64,000 nucleotides of DNA, from assembly GCF_018977255.1 (NCBI RefSeq), contig NW_024704742.1, forward strand, positions 106,332,001 to 106,396,000, read 5' to 3'. This DNA comes from Callorhinchus milii (Eukaryota). The position numbers were made by a program, and so were the translations under genes. The notes beneath the pieces are model-generated. The model ran no database searches. It was given only the letters and a program-made list of their open reading frames with translations, and was not told where the DNA came from. Shown here in pieces: positions 63,436 to 64,000 of this stretch (within the stretch, counting starts at the first letter, position 1; the number at the start of each line of letters is the position of its first letter).

Positions 63436-64000
63436 ATCATAGAAATGTACAGCACAAAAAGAGGCCATTTGGCCCATTGAGTTTGTGCAGGCTCTTTGAA
63501 AAGAGCAATGTAGTGTCAATCCCACTCCCCAGCCTTTTCCCCATAACCCTGCAAACCAGTCCTCCTCAAATACCCATCCACCACGTTTTTAAAAGTAATT
63601 ATCGAATCGGCCTCGACAACACTTTTAGGCAATGCGTTCCAGATTCGAACAACTCGCTGCATGAAAAAATTTCTTCTCACCTCTCCTCTACTTCTTTTAG
63701 ATACTATTTTGAATCTGTGACCCAGAGTCACCGATACACCCACCAGTGGAAACAGTTTTTCCCTTTCTAACCTATCAAATGCCCTCATGATTTTGAAGAC
63801 CTCTATTAAGTCTCCTCGTAACCTTCTATGCCGCAATGAGAATAATCCCAGCCTCTCTAGCCTTTCCTCATAATCAAGGTCCCTCATTCCTGGTTCCATC
63901 CTTGTAAATCTCCTCTGCACCCTTTCCAATGGCTTAACATCCTTCCTATAGTGTGGTGCCCAGAACCGGGTGCAATATTCTAACTGAGGCCGAACCAGTA
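63436..64000 (-). mobile_element. Relatively young CR1 LINE 3' end, continuing beyond the window
   Basis: Uninterrupted ORF 63516..63929 ERVQRRFTRM...LGLFSL..RRLRGDLIEVFKI...FFMQRVVRIWNALP; CR1 3' UTR. Confidence 0.95.

Overview
AT-rich, repeat-dense vertebrate non-coding DNA (intergenic or inside a very large intron). The repeat mix suggests a cartilaginous fish, possibly a chimaera such as Callorhinchus; this is inference from repeat content only. No host protein-coding gene, rRNA or true tRNA can be supported. The recognisable ORFs are decayed reverse-transcriptase (ORF2) fragments of L2 and CR1 LINEs, plus one RT relic of another non-LTR clade. The window holds two L2 families (called L2-A and L2-B here, both with (TTG)n tails), several CR1 copies, and two tRNA-derived SINE types (Deu-domain-like and CORE-like) sharing an L2-derived 3' tail. 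It also holds an older third SINE family, a hAT-type MITE with TIRs and an 8-bp TSD, and Penelope-like terminal fragments with decayed hammerhead-like cores. The most unusual signal is that SINE copies repeatedly carry copies of their own nearby flanking DNA (three cases of about 160 bp), fold-back micro-inversions, and breakpoints clustered near one SINE position. Other candidates are a multi-hairpin module with ZNF143/Staf-like motifs, a pre-miRNA-sized hairpin, and an isolated exon-like segment encoding ITAAHC. All boundaries and similarities were judged by eye and are approximate.
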